From assembly GCA_022605425.2 (NCBI GenBank), contig CM061247.1:1775610-1839609 (forward strand): 64,000 nucleotides of DNA. The letters are read 5' to 3'. Under the pieces are notes generated by a model. The model did not search any database, had not been told where the DNA came from, and saw only the letters and a program-made list of their open reading frames with translations. The stretch comes from Hamiltosporidium tvaerminnensis FI-OER-3-3 (lineage: Eukaryota; Fungi; Microsporidia). Shown piece after piece: positions 47,644 to 60,700 of this stretch. The first letter of the stretch is position 1; each line of letters opens with the position of its first letter. The translations under genes were made by a program, and so were the position numbers.

Positions 47644-50600
47644 TTTCATATACTATATAAAAATATATTAAACAAAATTCAAAAAATTAGGTAGGAAAAA
47701 ATGACATCGAAGATAATCATAATTTTATTTAAAACTAGAAAATTAAATTATTTATTTAACATCCGAAGTGCTTTATGCAATTTTTATTCAATAAAACATA
47801 TATTTTTCTAAATTTATTTTTTTCAAAATTTTTGTATTGTCAATTCGACTCAAGCGGACACTAGCTTTGAATAAAATCGAAAAAAAATGTACATAAATAA
47901 CACCAAACATTAAGAAATTTATTTTAAAGAAATTAATTTTCACAATTTAGATAATTTAAAGCGTTTAGATATGGGATTTTCAATTATTAAATTGTATATT
48001 TTTGAACCAATTTGTTTCCGATTTTCAGTCGTTTCATACACTATGAACAAAAGATTTCAAAAAAATACAGTGAAAAAATTAAATGACAAAATTTATAAAA
48101 ATGACCAAATTAAATAGTAAACATCATTATTTAATTATTATAAGACTATTCACTCTATTTACAGTAATTTCTAAATATGTAATCTTATATTTTTATAGCT
48201 CGATTTTTTGATAATTTTTTAATTTCCATTCGACTATACATAGATGATCGACCAAAATCTAAAAAAATTAGATAGAATAAAAATTGCATAAAATATAAAG
48301 ATATACTATATAAAAAAATATAATATTTATTTACACATATCTATTCTATTATAATATATTTACAACCTTAGGATCTAACTATGTTTGAATTATTTTTTAC
48401 ATTTTTCCAAAGCGTTTCATACACTATATACATAATATATAAAACAAATTTTAAAAAAAAATAGGTTAAAAAAAATCCAAAACATACGAAAATTTTAATC
48501 TAGACTATAGAAAGAAATTATATTAACCGTCCAAGAGATTTATATTGATTCTTTCCTACTAAAAACTATATATTTTAAAATCATTTTTTTTAATAATTTT
48601 GGATTGTCTATACCTATATACTAAACTATATAAAAAAACTGAAAACATAAAATAAAAAAAATATACCGGAAACATGGCTAAAGGGAAATTAAACATCTCC
48701 AATTATATTATTATAAACATTTATGTACTATTCTCGTGATTTTTTAAGTATTAAATTCTATTTCTTATAAGCTTAACTTTTTCTTAGTTTTAAAGCCTTC
48801 AATACGAATATACATAAACAAATCGAAAAAAATAGGTAACAAAAATTAGCACAAAACGGCGATAAATTTTAATATTTACGAAATCCACAAACTAATACAA
48901 GATCTTTTATATCCTTTCTGTATATTTGCAGATAATAATTCACTTATTTTTTCGAATTCGATTTTCGAAATTTTAAATTTCTTAATACACTATATAAAAA
49001 AATTATTGTATGAAAGAAAAAAAAATTAGTTAAAAAATTTACATAAAATATGAATGATTTTAATTCTAAACTTTGGAATAAGATAATATAAAGAACATTT
49101 AGAATGCTTTTATGCACTTTTAATGTTACTTGATTATTTTATTGACTTTTCTTAATAAACTTTAAAATATTTCTTAAAGAATAAGGAAAAAGAATAAATG
49201 AAAAGAAAATATACTGCAAAAATATCTAAATTATAACGATTCTAGTTAATTAGAAATAATATGAAACAATAAAATATATGAATAGAAAACTATCTATCCA
49301 AGGATAAAAGTCTCTTTGTACTGAATTAAAGAGCTATTTAAAATGTAACAAAATAAAACAACGCAAATAGAAAAAAACACATAGGAAAAGTCAATATTTA
49401 AAACAAAGAAAAAAAAAGTATGAAATGTAGACGGAACTAAAAATAATTATATAAAAATAAAACAACGTGAAATGACTTAATTTATTTATTTCAAATATAA
49501 TCCATGCCAATTAATGTAACTTTTATTGTTTTCTTCATATTACTATCTGTTTCCTTAAATCCGTATTTTAAATTCTATTTCTCTGCTTATTTTCAATCGA
49601 AGTATACTTTCATGTTTGTGTATTCCAAATTATGGAGGTTAAATATTATTACCATTGATTAGTTTAATTTTTCCGAATCACTAAGTATATAATTAATTTG
49701 GATATCATTTATTTTATATTATCTCTATTAAAAACATCTATAGGTCTTTTACATTAAAAAAAGTATAAATAATAAAAGTAAAAGAAATAAGCCCAATGGT
49801 TAAACTCAATATTCTTTCCAATACAATGGTTTAGTGTTGCATTTACCTCGCAGACCCTTAAAATAAAAAATGCTCAAAACGCCTATATATACATAACGAA
49901 GCTCCAATTCACTCGTGAATTTAATACCTATATTCAATATTGATTTCATAAAAACCAGGAGTGAATTAACACTTAATATCAATGTATTATACAAAAATCT
50001 ATATAACCAGAACATAGAATGTAGCACACATTTTCTAAAGTAAAAAAATGATAGAAAGCCAATTTTATATATTATTTCTAACACGATAATAAATTACTAT
50101 GTTGATCTAAAATGAAATATGCTAAAAACATATCAAGAAAATTTATAATATGGTTCTCAGTCATATTTTTAATAATATTTTTCATTTCGACCTGATCAAA
50201 TAATAGCAGGTTAAAATGTAAAACAAATTCGATCTATTGCGTATAATAATTTTCGAATGCTAAATTTAATTTTTTCTAACTATTATACTTGAGATCTTAT
50301 AAAAATGACGGCGTAAAAGGTTTAGACTGTAAATAAAATTATATAAATTAATTTAAATATTTTACTTTAGTAGAGACAATAAAATCAAAATTATTTCGAA
50401 TAATATAATAAGAGTAAATTAAAAGCAACCAAAATATGTAACTATAATAGATCTTATTCTTATATTGATTTTAGAATATTAAACTATTTTGAAAAAGATT
50501 TTAAACATATTTTAGTCTTCTGATACAGTATCAGAACAATGATGTTTATTTTAAATACAGGAATCCTATTTTGCCATTTAAAAAGAAATATTTTATTTTT

Positions 50601-53600
50601 TTTCGTATTGTAAGTTTTCGAATTCCACTTTAAATGGAAATCTAAGCATAAAACCAAAAATATTTTAGCTTCTGACTTACTATTTCAAGGACCCAATGCG
50701 ATTCACCTTTTTCTCAATATAACAGTATTTAAAACGAATATTAACACAGTCTTTAATATATAAGCTTAATTCAGCATTGTTTTTAATTCTAAAAAATATT
50801 TATTTTATTATAGTTTACAAATAGTATTTTCAGACACAATAAAATCCGAGTTATTTTAAAATAATTTCCATAAATTTAAATTTCGTGTAAAAACAATTTT
50901 ATCTCGATTAGCATAGTTTTATATTTTTCTGAGATAACTATTAGTCAGCAAAATTAGGATTTAATTATCCTTAAATTTTTATCAGAGGATTTAGCCATAA
51001 AAAAAAATTACTTTTTTTTAGTAGAATTCAGAGTTATAATCATCTAAAACATAAATTATAGTTTAAATGAATAAATTTACGTTTAAAGCTTATTAGAACA
51101 AACATTTACATATAAATATCAAAAAATTGCATCAAGGTTCTGAAAAAAAATATTCGTTGTAACATCAGTAAAAATATCCCAAAAAAGAAATTACCAAACA
51201 AAAATAGTAAATTAACTTATTGATCTAGATTTATGTAAGAATTAAGATTTTTTCGTAGTAAAGAAAATAAATTTGAAATAACTTTATTATACTTGAAAAC
51301 AGGTTTAAAAATTTCATTATATTAAGAATTCATTTAAAAAAGCTTTTTTCATAGAATATAAGAACTGAATGCACATTTTCTTTAGTAAAAAAAAGTTCTA
51401 AATTACAAATTTGATATATCAAGATAATAACTTTTCCTTAATGATAATTAATTTACTGTAAATAAATTTACGCAACTAATTAAATATTAAGAAACAATCT
51501 ATTCTTTACTAAAATAATTAAGTTGAACAAATTTTTCAACAGTATATATTTAGAATATTTTTTTGTGCAAAATAAAAAGATTTATTGCCTCAAAATCTAA
51601 ATTTTGAATAAACGGATAAATTATATCTTTAAATTCAAGAATTATTATAAAGATTTCAGTGATACAATAAATCATTCAGTTATCCAATAATCTATTATTA
51701 TATGAATTAATTTATAAAAAACAGAAAATCTTACATTTATTTCTTATATAGCTCGGATATCGTTCTGAGATACATAAATTTATAATAAAAAGCAGTTCTC
51801 ACACTTATAAATTGTATGCGATTCTAGTTTATATAATTTAACTATAAAGAGTGGAAATACAAATTTCTGTATATCAAACTAGATTAGATACAAGAAAAAT
51901 TGTTAATTAAATTATTTTTTACAGTTAGTATTGATTTTTATGGTGGGTTTACTAATTTTCATAACTTCTAAAAGCATAGCTTTTTAGTCTATAATTAAAA
52001 AAAAAGTTTCAGTTTATTTTTTTAATATGGAATTTTGTTAGATAAACAAAATAAAGAAAGACATATATTCCATTTCAAATACATTGAAAATAATGCTTTA
52101 AATTATGTTATACAAATTTTAGTATCGTAAAATATTTATTTGATAGTTAACAAATAGAAGTTTATCCATTTAAATGAAAAAGTTTAGATATATATTAGAT
52201 AAATTATATGAAAAAGATATAACGAATAATAAAGCTTTAAAAAATTAAATCAGTTTCTTAACTAAAGAATTACAATTCAATACTAAAAAAGCTCGCAAAT
52301 ATAGAAGTAGTTATCACGAATCTTATAGAAAAATTTTAAATTATTAAATCACCCGAGAAAAAGATAAATTCTAATAAACTTCTTTTATTTCATAAAATTT
52401 TATATTTAAATTAGTTTTTTATTTATGATTTGAATTCATGAATAAATATCACAATTAATTCTATTTTTAAACCAAACAAGGTAATATATAACGATCTATA
52501 TGAAGAAGAATGTATTATTATAACCTTTTACAGGAATTTCAACCTAGTAATGAATATATAAATATAAATAGAATGTAAAACATCTAAAAGTAAAAAAAAA
52601 GTATTTTAAAATATATAAAACTACTTTTCTTTCTTGTGAAATGTCAAAAAAAATATTTAGAAATTATATTTAAGAATAAAAATTGCTCATAAAATATTCA
52701 AATAATTCAAATAATTTTAGGATAATTAAACAGCATTTTCATACTAAAGAAAAAAACTGAGTGAAAATACTTAAAAGTTTTTTTAAAATATATTAATTTA
52801 TTAATCAATTTGGTTTTATTTATGCCTCAACCTTGATATTTCGAATATATGTTTAAATCGTTATTTTTTGTTTAAATTTTTCAATCGACAATTTATTTAT
52901 TTAAATTAACAATGAGTTGCTTTTTAATGAATTTAAATTTTTCATTGTTAATAAAGCCTTATCACTAATATATACTAAAGAAAATTGAAGAAATAATTTT
53001 TTATATGTCATTCCACCTTTAACAAATTTCATTTTAAAAATTATTATTGATCGTTAGTATTGGACTTAATCTCTTTATTTGATTTAGAGATCTGATTTAT
53101 ATAATTTTTTAATATACACTATCCTGAATAATCTTTCAATTTGTTAAAATGCTTAATATTTAGATAATACTTACTTATATGAGCTTAAACAATTATTACA
53201 ACTTATTAAATAAAGAATAACGTCATATTAACATAAAAAAGCTTTTAATTAATTTTTTTCAAATTTTTATTTTTTTCTGTTTTACAAATAAAAAATAAAA
53301 TTTAAGAACTTGAAATATAAAATATTCACTTTTCTTTTTATTTATTCTTGATTGAGATTAACAAATCTTTAAATGGTTGTTTATAATAAATTCTTAGCTT
53401 TAAAAACCGAATAAAATTAAAATTACATATAAGTGATTTAAAATAAAATGAAAATATAATAGAAAAATAAAATAAAGAAATAGATATAATTAACGCAATT
53501 GAATTTATTTAAATAATTATAATGTACTAAACAAAAGTACTGAGAATTCCACTTCTCTTACAAACATTTTATTATTATTAGAAAAATACTTTTTCTAATT

Positions 53601-53859
53601 CAATAAATATTAGCAAATCTGTAAATAATATACTAGAATTTATTATTTTAAAATTAAGATATAAGTAATTACTATTCAATAAAGCATATATATGAAGAAT
53701 GCTACCATATATATTTTAAATATCAAAAATGAATTGTATTTAAAATTAATTGTAACAAAGTATTTCAAATGAAGACTTAATGTTTTTAAGCAACCATACT
53801 TTCTAATCTATTTATTTAAAAAAAGTATCTGCTTATCATTGATTTTAGAGATAATAAGA

Positions 53860-55560
53860 CAAGAAGGGATTTAAAGGAAATAAATTTAGGAAAACAATTA
53901 AAGGGTGTAAGTTATAAGGGTAGTATTGATTGGGTGTGTAGACAACAAGGTGTTAGTGGTAAAGCAAGAAATTATAAGGGTTTTAATATTAATATGGGTG
54001 TATAAAATGGTTTTAATCACAATTAGTAAAAAATAAAGGGTGATAATCATAATTGTATTTAATAAAGGGTGTTATTTTCAAGACATATGTATAAAAGGGT
54101 GTTAATCAGAATTGTTATAAATAAAGGGGGATAATCACAATTGTATTTAATAAAGGGTGTTATTTTCAAGACATATGTATAAAAGGGTGTTAATCAGAAT
54201 TGTTATAAATAAAGGGTGATAATCACAACAGTGAGTAATAAAGGGTGTTATTTTCAAGACATATGTATAAAAGGGTGTTAATCACAATTGTAATAAATAA
54301 AGGGTGATAATCACAATTATAGCTAATAAAGGGTGTTATTTTCAAGACATATGTATAAAAGGGTGTTAATCACGAAGTAACTAAAAAAGTTTATTATTGA
54401 AAAACATAACAATAACAGGGTTTTAATACTATTTATATTAGATAAAGGGTAGTATTTCTATGACAGATGTATAAAAGGGTGTTAATATACATGGTAGTAG
54501 ATAAAGGGTGTTAGACATATGGTAGTGGATAAAGGGTGTTAATATATGCTGTATTAATAACGGGGTGTTAATGTTATTAAAGTGTTAATAGGGTGTTAGT
54601 GATTAAGATAGTAATTATAAGGGTGTTATTTATATTGAGGTTATACTTTAAAGAGTCTTGTAGTATAGCTATTTATATAGATAAATAAAGGGGTGTTATT
54701 ATAAAGATAGATATAAGGTTAGGGTGTTAATAAAAAAGCATTTTATACACATAAATAAAGGGGTGTTAATTTATATAATATTCCTATTAAAATATAAAAG
54801 GGTGTTAGTAAATGTGTTTCAGAAAATAGATAACGGGGTGTTAATTTATGAAATATCTCCAGATATATAAGAGGGTGTTAATAATAATAAAATTTATAGG
54901 AAAAGATAATAGGGGTTTAAGAAAATAAAATACCAAATGAAAAATAAAAGGGTGTTAGTAAAAAATTAATAAATTGGGTGTTATTTATAGAGATGTTCAT
55001 AATAGAGAATAGTAAGGTGTTAATAATACATATTTAAAACTGTATATAAAAGGGTGTTAATAATCAAGGCATTTATATAATAAATAACAGGGTGTTAATA
55101 ATCCATATTTAAAACAGTATATAAAAGGGTGTTAATAATCTAGGCATTTATACAATAAATAACAGGGTGTTAATAATAAGGAGACCTGTAATTTGCGCTA
55201 GAAGGGTGTTTTACTGGATCTTAGAATATATAGGAATAAATAACAAAATGTTAGTAAACAAGAAATACTTCACTATAAATATCAGGGTGTTAATAATAAA
55301 GTGATTGGTTATTGAAATAGCAGGGTGTTATTGAAAATAATATTTCAAAGGATATATATAGAAAGGCCATACCATATAAATACGTTTAACTCTATACAAA
55401 AAGGTCTAAGTATAATAGATATTTATACCAATAAATAACAGGGTGTTATCGATAAGAATAAATATTTAAAATTTAAAAGGGTGTTAGTAATAAGACAATA
55501 ATAAACAAAATAAGGGTGTTAATTATACGGATATATTTTACTAAAAGAAAGGGTGTTAAT
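53860..55560 (+). repeat. Strand-specific AAGGGTGTTA motif array, with an embedded ~4 x 88 bp tandem (54031-54372) and a 2 x ~75 bp duplication (~55016-55175)
   Basis: About 45 GGGTGTTA-like motifs, all on +. The 88 bp units start at 54031, 54119, 54207 and 54295, each made of three 29-30 bp subunits. No ORF. Confidence 0.92.
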
Positions 55561-57740
55561 TATATGGATACTTAAAAAGATTGGATTGTTACTGATATAT
55601 ATAATGAAGCTATACCAAACAAAATCTGGGAAAAATTTAAAAAGAAATATAAGTAATTTTAATTTCTGAAACATTATTAACTATTGTTAAATTACTCTTA
55701 GTATTCAAGAAGTTTTTTTATATAAAATCTTATATATTTTAAAAGAATTTTTTCATACTTGTCATATCGTTTTATACAGTATATACAAAATATATTAAAA
55801 TAATTATAAGAAAAAATTGGTGTTAAATTACAATAAAAATAATTAAATTCAAAGGCAAATCAAATAAAAAAAATATCAACCCGATATTTTTATATGTATA
55901 TCATTCCTTAATATCAAACCTAATGCATTTTTTCAGATTTAATTTTTTTCATTATTCTTGGATCTTTCATTGCACTATAGTAATCCGAATTGAAAAAATC
56001 TAAAAAAATAAAGAAACAGAATTTCACACTAAAAATAGCTTAATTAAATATTAAACAATCTTATAGATTCATATAAACTATTCGTAGTATATTATAATAT
56101 TTTTAATAAGTTAATCTTATTACTTATGAATTTCATTTTTATTGAATATCTTATACTGATATAATAGAAAATATATCTAACAAAATCGAAAAAAATAGGT
56201 AATAAGATTGACGAAAACATCACCTAATTGTAAAATAAAGAAACTAATTGGTTTTATTATAAACTTTCTGTTAGTATTTAAGAATTTTTTAAGTACAATT
56301 CGAATATTTTTTTAGATCATCTTGCTAAAGTTTTTTGATTGCTTAATACAATATATAGAAAATATATTGATGAAAATAGAAAAAGTGGTAATGATACTTT
56401 TCCAAAATATAAACAGATACAATTATAAAAAGAATATGATATATTATTATAAACTCATCTGACGCACTACAGAAATTTTGAAACATTAGATTATATATCT
56501 TTTGAGTTGAATTTTTTCATCATTTTCAAAGTGTTTAATATATTATATGCAAAATATATTGAACGAAGTAAAAATAAAATAAAATCAATAGAAAATATGA
56601 ACAGCTTTAATTGTTAAGCATAAAATAAAATTCTTAACTTGATATTCGAGTTGCTTTTAGCATTCCTTATTTAATTAAACATATATTTTTCTAAATCTAT
56701 TTTCTCAAAATTTTATAAACGTCTATACGAATATATATAAACCAAATCAAATAAAATTAAAAAAAATAGATTTAGAAAAACCACAAGCGAATCAAGAAAG
56801 ATCGTTGTAAACATTTTAATAGATTCTAATATGAAGATTTGTTATGTTTTCATTGCTTTTAATCTTTTAAAAACATATATATTTTTAATCCATTTTCGTA
56901 CAATTTTCAATTCGTTCAAACTACTATGGTAAACTGTATTGAATAAAATTTAAAAAAATAGATTTAGAAAAATTAAGTTTTACTAGCCTAAATTTTATAT
57001 TAGATAATCCATTTATATTGTATTAAACTCATTTGTACTATAAAATAAATTTTAAACATTTAATCATATTTCTTTTTGACTTTTTTTTTACAGATTTCAG
57101 GATCTTTCATACCACTATAGTAAACTATATTGAATAAATTTGAAAAAAAAATATGTATGAAAAATTTAAAAGAAAAATAAGGGAATTTTATATTGAACAA
57201 TGTTAATGTTTTATTTTAAAGTCAAATTTAACATTTGTATGTAGTTTAAAATTAAAAACTATTTTTTTGAATTTATTTTGTTACGTATTTTAAAATTATT
57301 TTATAAGTTACAAGAAAAGATGTCTAGCAAGATAGAAAAATAAAAGTAATAAAGTTTACATTAAAAATCATAAATTATAGTATTTTTCGAACTATTTTAT
57401 ATATTTTAATGTTTTTCAAGCAACGAAACATATTTTTTGTAAAAATTAAATTTCCGTTTATTTTAGAATTGTACATACTATATACGGAAACTATTTTAAC
57501 AAAAGAAAAAAAATAGGTAGTATAAATTCACACAAAAAATAAGCCAATTTTATTATAAATCATAACATAAAATTATATAATAAATATCTGAAACATTTTC
57601 TGCTTTTTTAGTATTTTAATCAAATATTTTTTTAGTATAATTTTTTTGTAATACTTTAGAATCTTACATACGATTATATGGAAACAAGATCAACTAAAAT
57701 CGAAAAAAGTAGGTATTTAAAAATAAACTAAAACATTTAC

Positions 57741-60700
57741 TTTTATTTAATAAAATTCTGGGTTAAAATATTTTAACATTTTTATATGTTTTCTTCTACC
57801 TCTTTAACCACTATTGTTTCTTCTTCCAAATCCGACTCTTCATTTATGTTATTGGTCGGTTCCTCCAGAGTGGTTCCTCCTTGTGAAATAAGGGGTGTAT
57901 TATTTTTTGGTTTTAAAATTTTAACACCATCTTCCTCTCTTTTCGCTTCTTTTAAAGGGGGTATTGGTTCCTCATGCATCTCTGATCTCATAATAACACC
58001 CATTGACGCTCTCTCCCAGCTCTCTTCGGCATTTAGTCCTGACTCAAGTCCTCTTCGTCGATCAAAGGAAATTGTTTCGACTGTTTTCTTAAGTACTATA
58101 TACTGAATGTATGCCTCTACATTCATGGGTATTTCTAGTCTTTTAAGATGAGATTTATGGTATTTTGTCACAATACCGTCCCAGGTCATCACATAAGGGA
58201 TTATCTCAACACTACACCTATAAATAAGACCCAACTCATTGGCTAGCAGGTCATACTTCCTAAGTTTTTCAGTTTCAACTATTTGAAGTGAATCTTGGGA
58301 AGTGATTCCTACTTCAATGAGTGTTATCTTATTCTTCTTCTTATCTAAAATAAATATGTCCGGTCTGTTATTCCGAATTTTAACATCAGTTTTAATTCTG
58401 GTGTCCACTCTTATCTCTGCATACTCATTATCAAGAATTTCTTGAACTGAGTGGCTCCTTATTCGTTTTGAAGACTTAAACTTATATCTATTTAGAAGAA
58501 GAAGGTGTAGGCATCTAACCACTTCATTATGCCGTCTAGTGTAATCATGGCCTAGCATTTTTTCACATCTAGTTGCTAGATGATCCACAGTCTTACCAGA
58601 CTTCCCGCAATGTTGACACACACCATCTGCTCCCCAGAATACATTTCTATCCTGGATATAGCAGAACACAGCTTCATTTCGTGGCCTAATATTTCCTCTC
58701 TTTAGCCACCTTGAAGAGTCACTAACACTCACAAGCTCATTTTTTCTTGCATTATATAACTTTGAATGGAGTTTTCGTTTTTCTATTTCGTTATATAGTT
58801 TTGCAAGTTGAGCTTCTTCTAAACTTTTCTTAGTGACTTCTTCTACCAACCTGTACTTTACTTTTAAGAAGCCTTTTATTAGTGCAAGATGGGTTTTATT
58901 ATTATTCTCCACCTTGAGGATTGCTGCTCGTCTAGTTGATATTTCTTTACTTTTTTCCAGACAATCCAAGAGTTGCAGAAGCATATGTTCGCTTCTCAAC
59001 TCAACACTATGTAGGCCTCTTCCAAGTTCTGTTCTAGGAAGATACAACCGCTCTTTACATCCTGGGCGGAGATGTATCTTATTTTTAACCAACACCGCAC
59101 GCACTGCATCATCTAACTTAGAGAAGTCAGCCGGTTCAAGTCGAAGTACTCCTATGTGGTAGTTGATTAACGATATCGCATGTTGATTGATTGCAGAAAA
59201 TAAATTTTTTGCGTTTAATCTAGTGTGACAAAGTCTTTCAACTCTTGATATAAGTTTGCTCTGTACTTCTTCAAATGAGCTACGTGTTGGGATTCCTCTG
59301 CTATCTTCTATTATTCCTAAATATTTGTAAACACTAACACCTTCTAGAAGAGTAGCAGTATCTTCACAACACATATCATTTGTGGCTGACTTCTCTTTGT
59401 TAATCTCTAAGCCAATCACCTCTAAAAATTCCTTTGCCTCGCCTGTCATAGCACTCAATGTGGAGCTGTCTTTTGCAAGGAGCTTAAGATCATCAATAAA
59501 CAAGAGATGATTAGTAGAATGGGATTCTGCATCTGTTTGTACTGTCACTTTTGTGTATTTTTCATTAAGCTTTCGGCTTAATGGATCCATACACAACACA
59601 AATAACAAAGGTGACAGACTATCTCCTTGTAGAATCCCTCTATCAATCTTCTTGCTCATGATTTTTTCAGGCCCTACTGATATATCAATTTTCCATTTTG
59701 ATATAATTACCTTAATAAATTTCAGGATCCAATCAGGTAAATTAAGGTTTTCAATGCATTGAATTAAATAAGCATGATCTATTGAATCATAAGCTTTTTT
59801 AACATCAATCCATGTTGCCTTAAGATTATTTCCATACTCTTTATTTAAGGCAATATTCAGTAGAGCCTGCTCTTTCGCTCCCTGCACACCTCTTACCGCC
59901 CCTAGTTGGTTCTCTGCAAGCAACCCTCGCCTTTCCACTTCAAGTTGAACGACTTTCGTTACACACTTTGTCGTTAACTTATAGAGGTTGGACATACAAG
60001 TGATTGGCCTGTAGTCAGAGCCTCTTCGTGGAATTCCTTTCGGTATCAAATACGTAAGCCCGCAGTAAAACCAATCAGCTTGAGGTGTTCCTTCTAAACA
60101 TATAACTTTCACAATATCATAAAGATATTTGTGAAGAGTTGTAAGTTTCTTAATGAAAAAATTGTAAATACCATCAATTCCAGCAGCTTTCCAATTAGGG
60201 AGCCAATTAATGATATTCACAAATTCATCAAGTGAAGGAAACGTGGTCGGATGATTATCTGATACAAATGGAATCAAATAATCATCGTACGTGACTGTGT
60301 CATCATTTTTGTTCCACATTGTAGACCAAAAACTCACAATTTCATCACGGCTAACCACATGCTCGGATTCCACACGCTCGGATAACCCACGATAAAATCG
60401 ACCTCGGAAAAGCTCAAACATACGATTCTCTTTTCGGAATTGCTTCCTACTTTCATGCATCGTAATTTTTTTCTCGTAAACATTCAAAGACTCATTCTTC
60501 TTAACTAAAGCCTCGGAAAGATCAGTTACGCTGCTCAAGTTTAAATTAAACTCTCGCATGATTTTCTTAAGGCTCTTCGTTTCCGAAGTGGAGAGCTTTT
60601 CCTGCTTACGAGCTTTCTCGAGGAGATCTTTGGAAAGTACTAACTTAGAAATTTTACTTTCTATGTGTTCCTTCCAAGCGGATCTAGGCTTCTCTTTACG

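Larger units (their letters stand above)
40890..49150 (+). repeat. Diverged ~190 bp tandem repeat, array 2 (~23 monomers, interrupted by an R4 element)
   Basis: Anchor motif near 41003, 41194, 41391, 41575, 41768, 41955, 42135, 42330, 42522, 42693, 42878, 43060, 43254, 43446, 43626, 43822|47644, 47840, 48032, 48224, 48414, 48606, 48797 and 48981. It is usually followed ~45 nt later by AAAAAAT(T)AGGT. Confidence 0.85.

Noticed and set aside
5295-50084. Remaining 60-92 aa ORFs in the track (e.g. 7287, 9782, 11253, 14107, 19501, 21178, 22893, 31102, 35006, 41487, 49806)
   Set aside because: Short F/L/I/K-biased frames, many with non-ATG starts or lying in repeats, with no recognisable domains.
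50100-52600. Leucine-rich-repeat pseudogene (similar hints at 17.2-19.1 kb and 23.2-24.3 kb)
   Set aside because: Only isolated peptides such as LIDLDLCKN and IIQLSNNLL amid many stops, which is plausible by chance in such AT-rich DNA.
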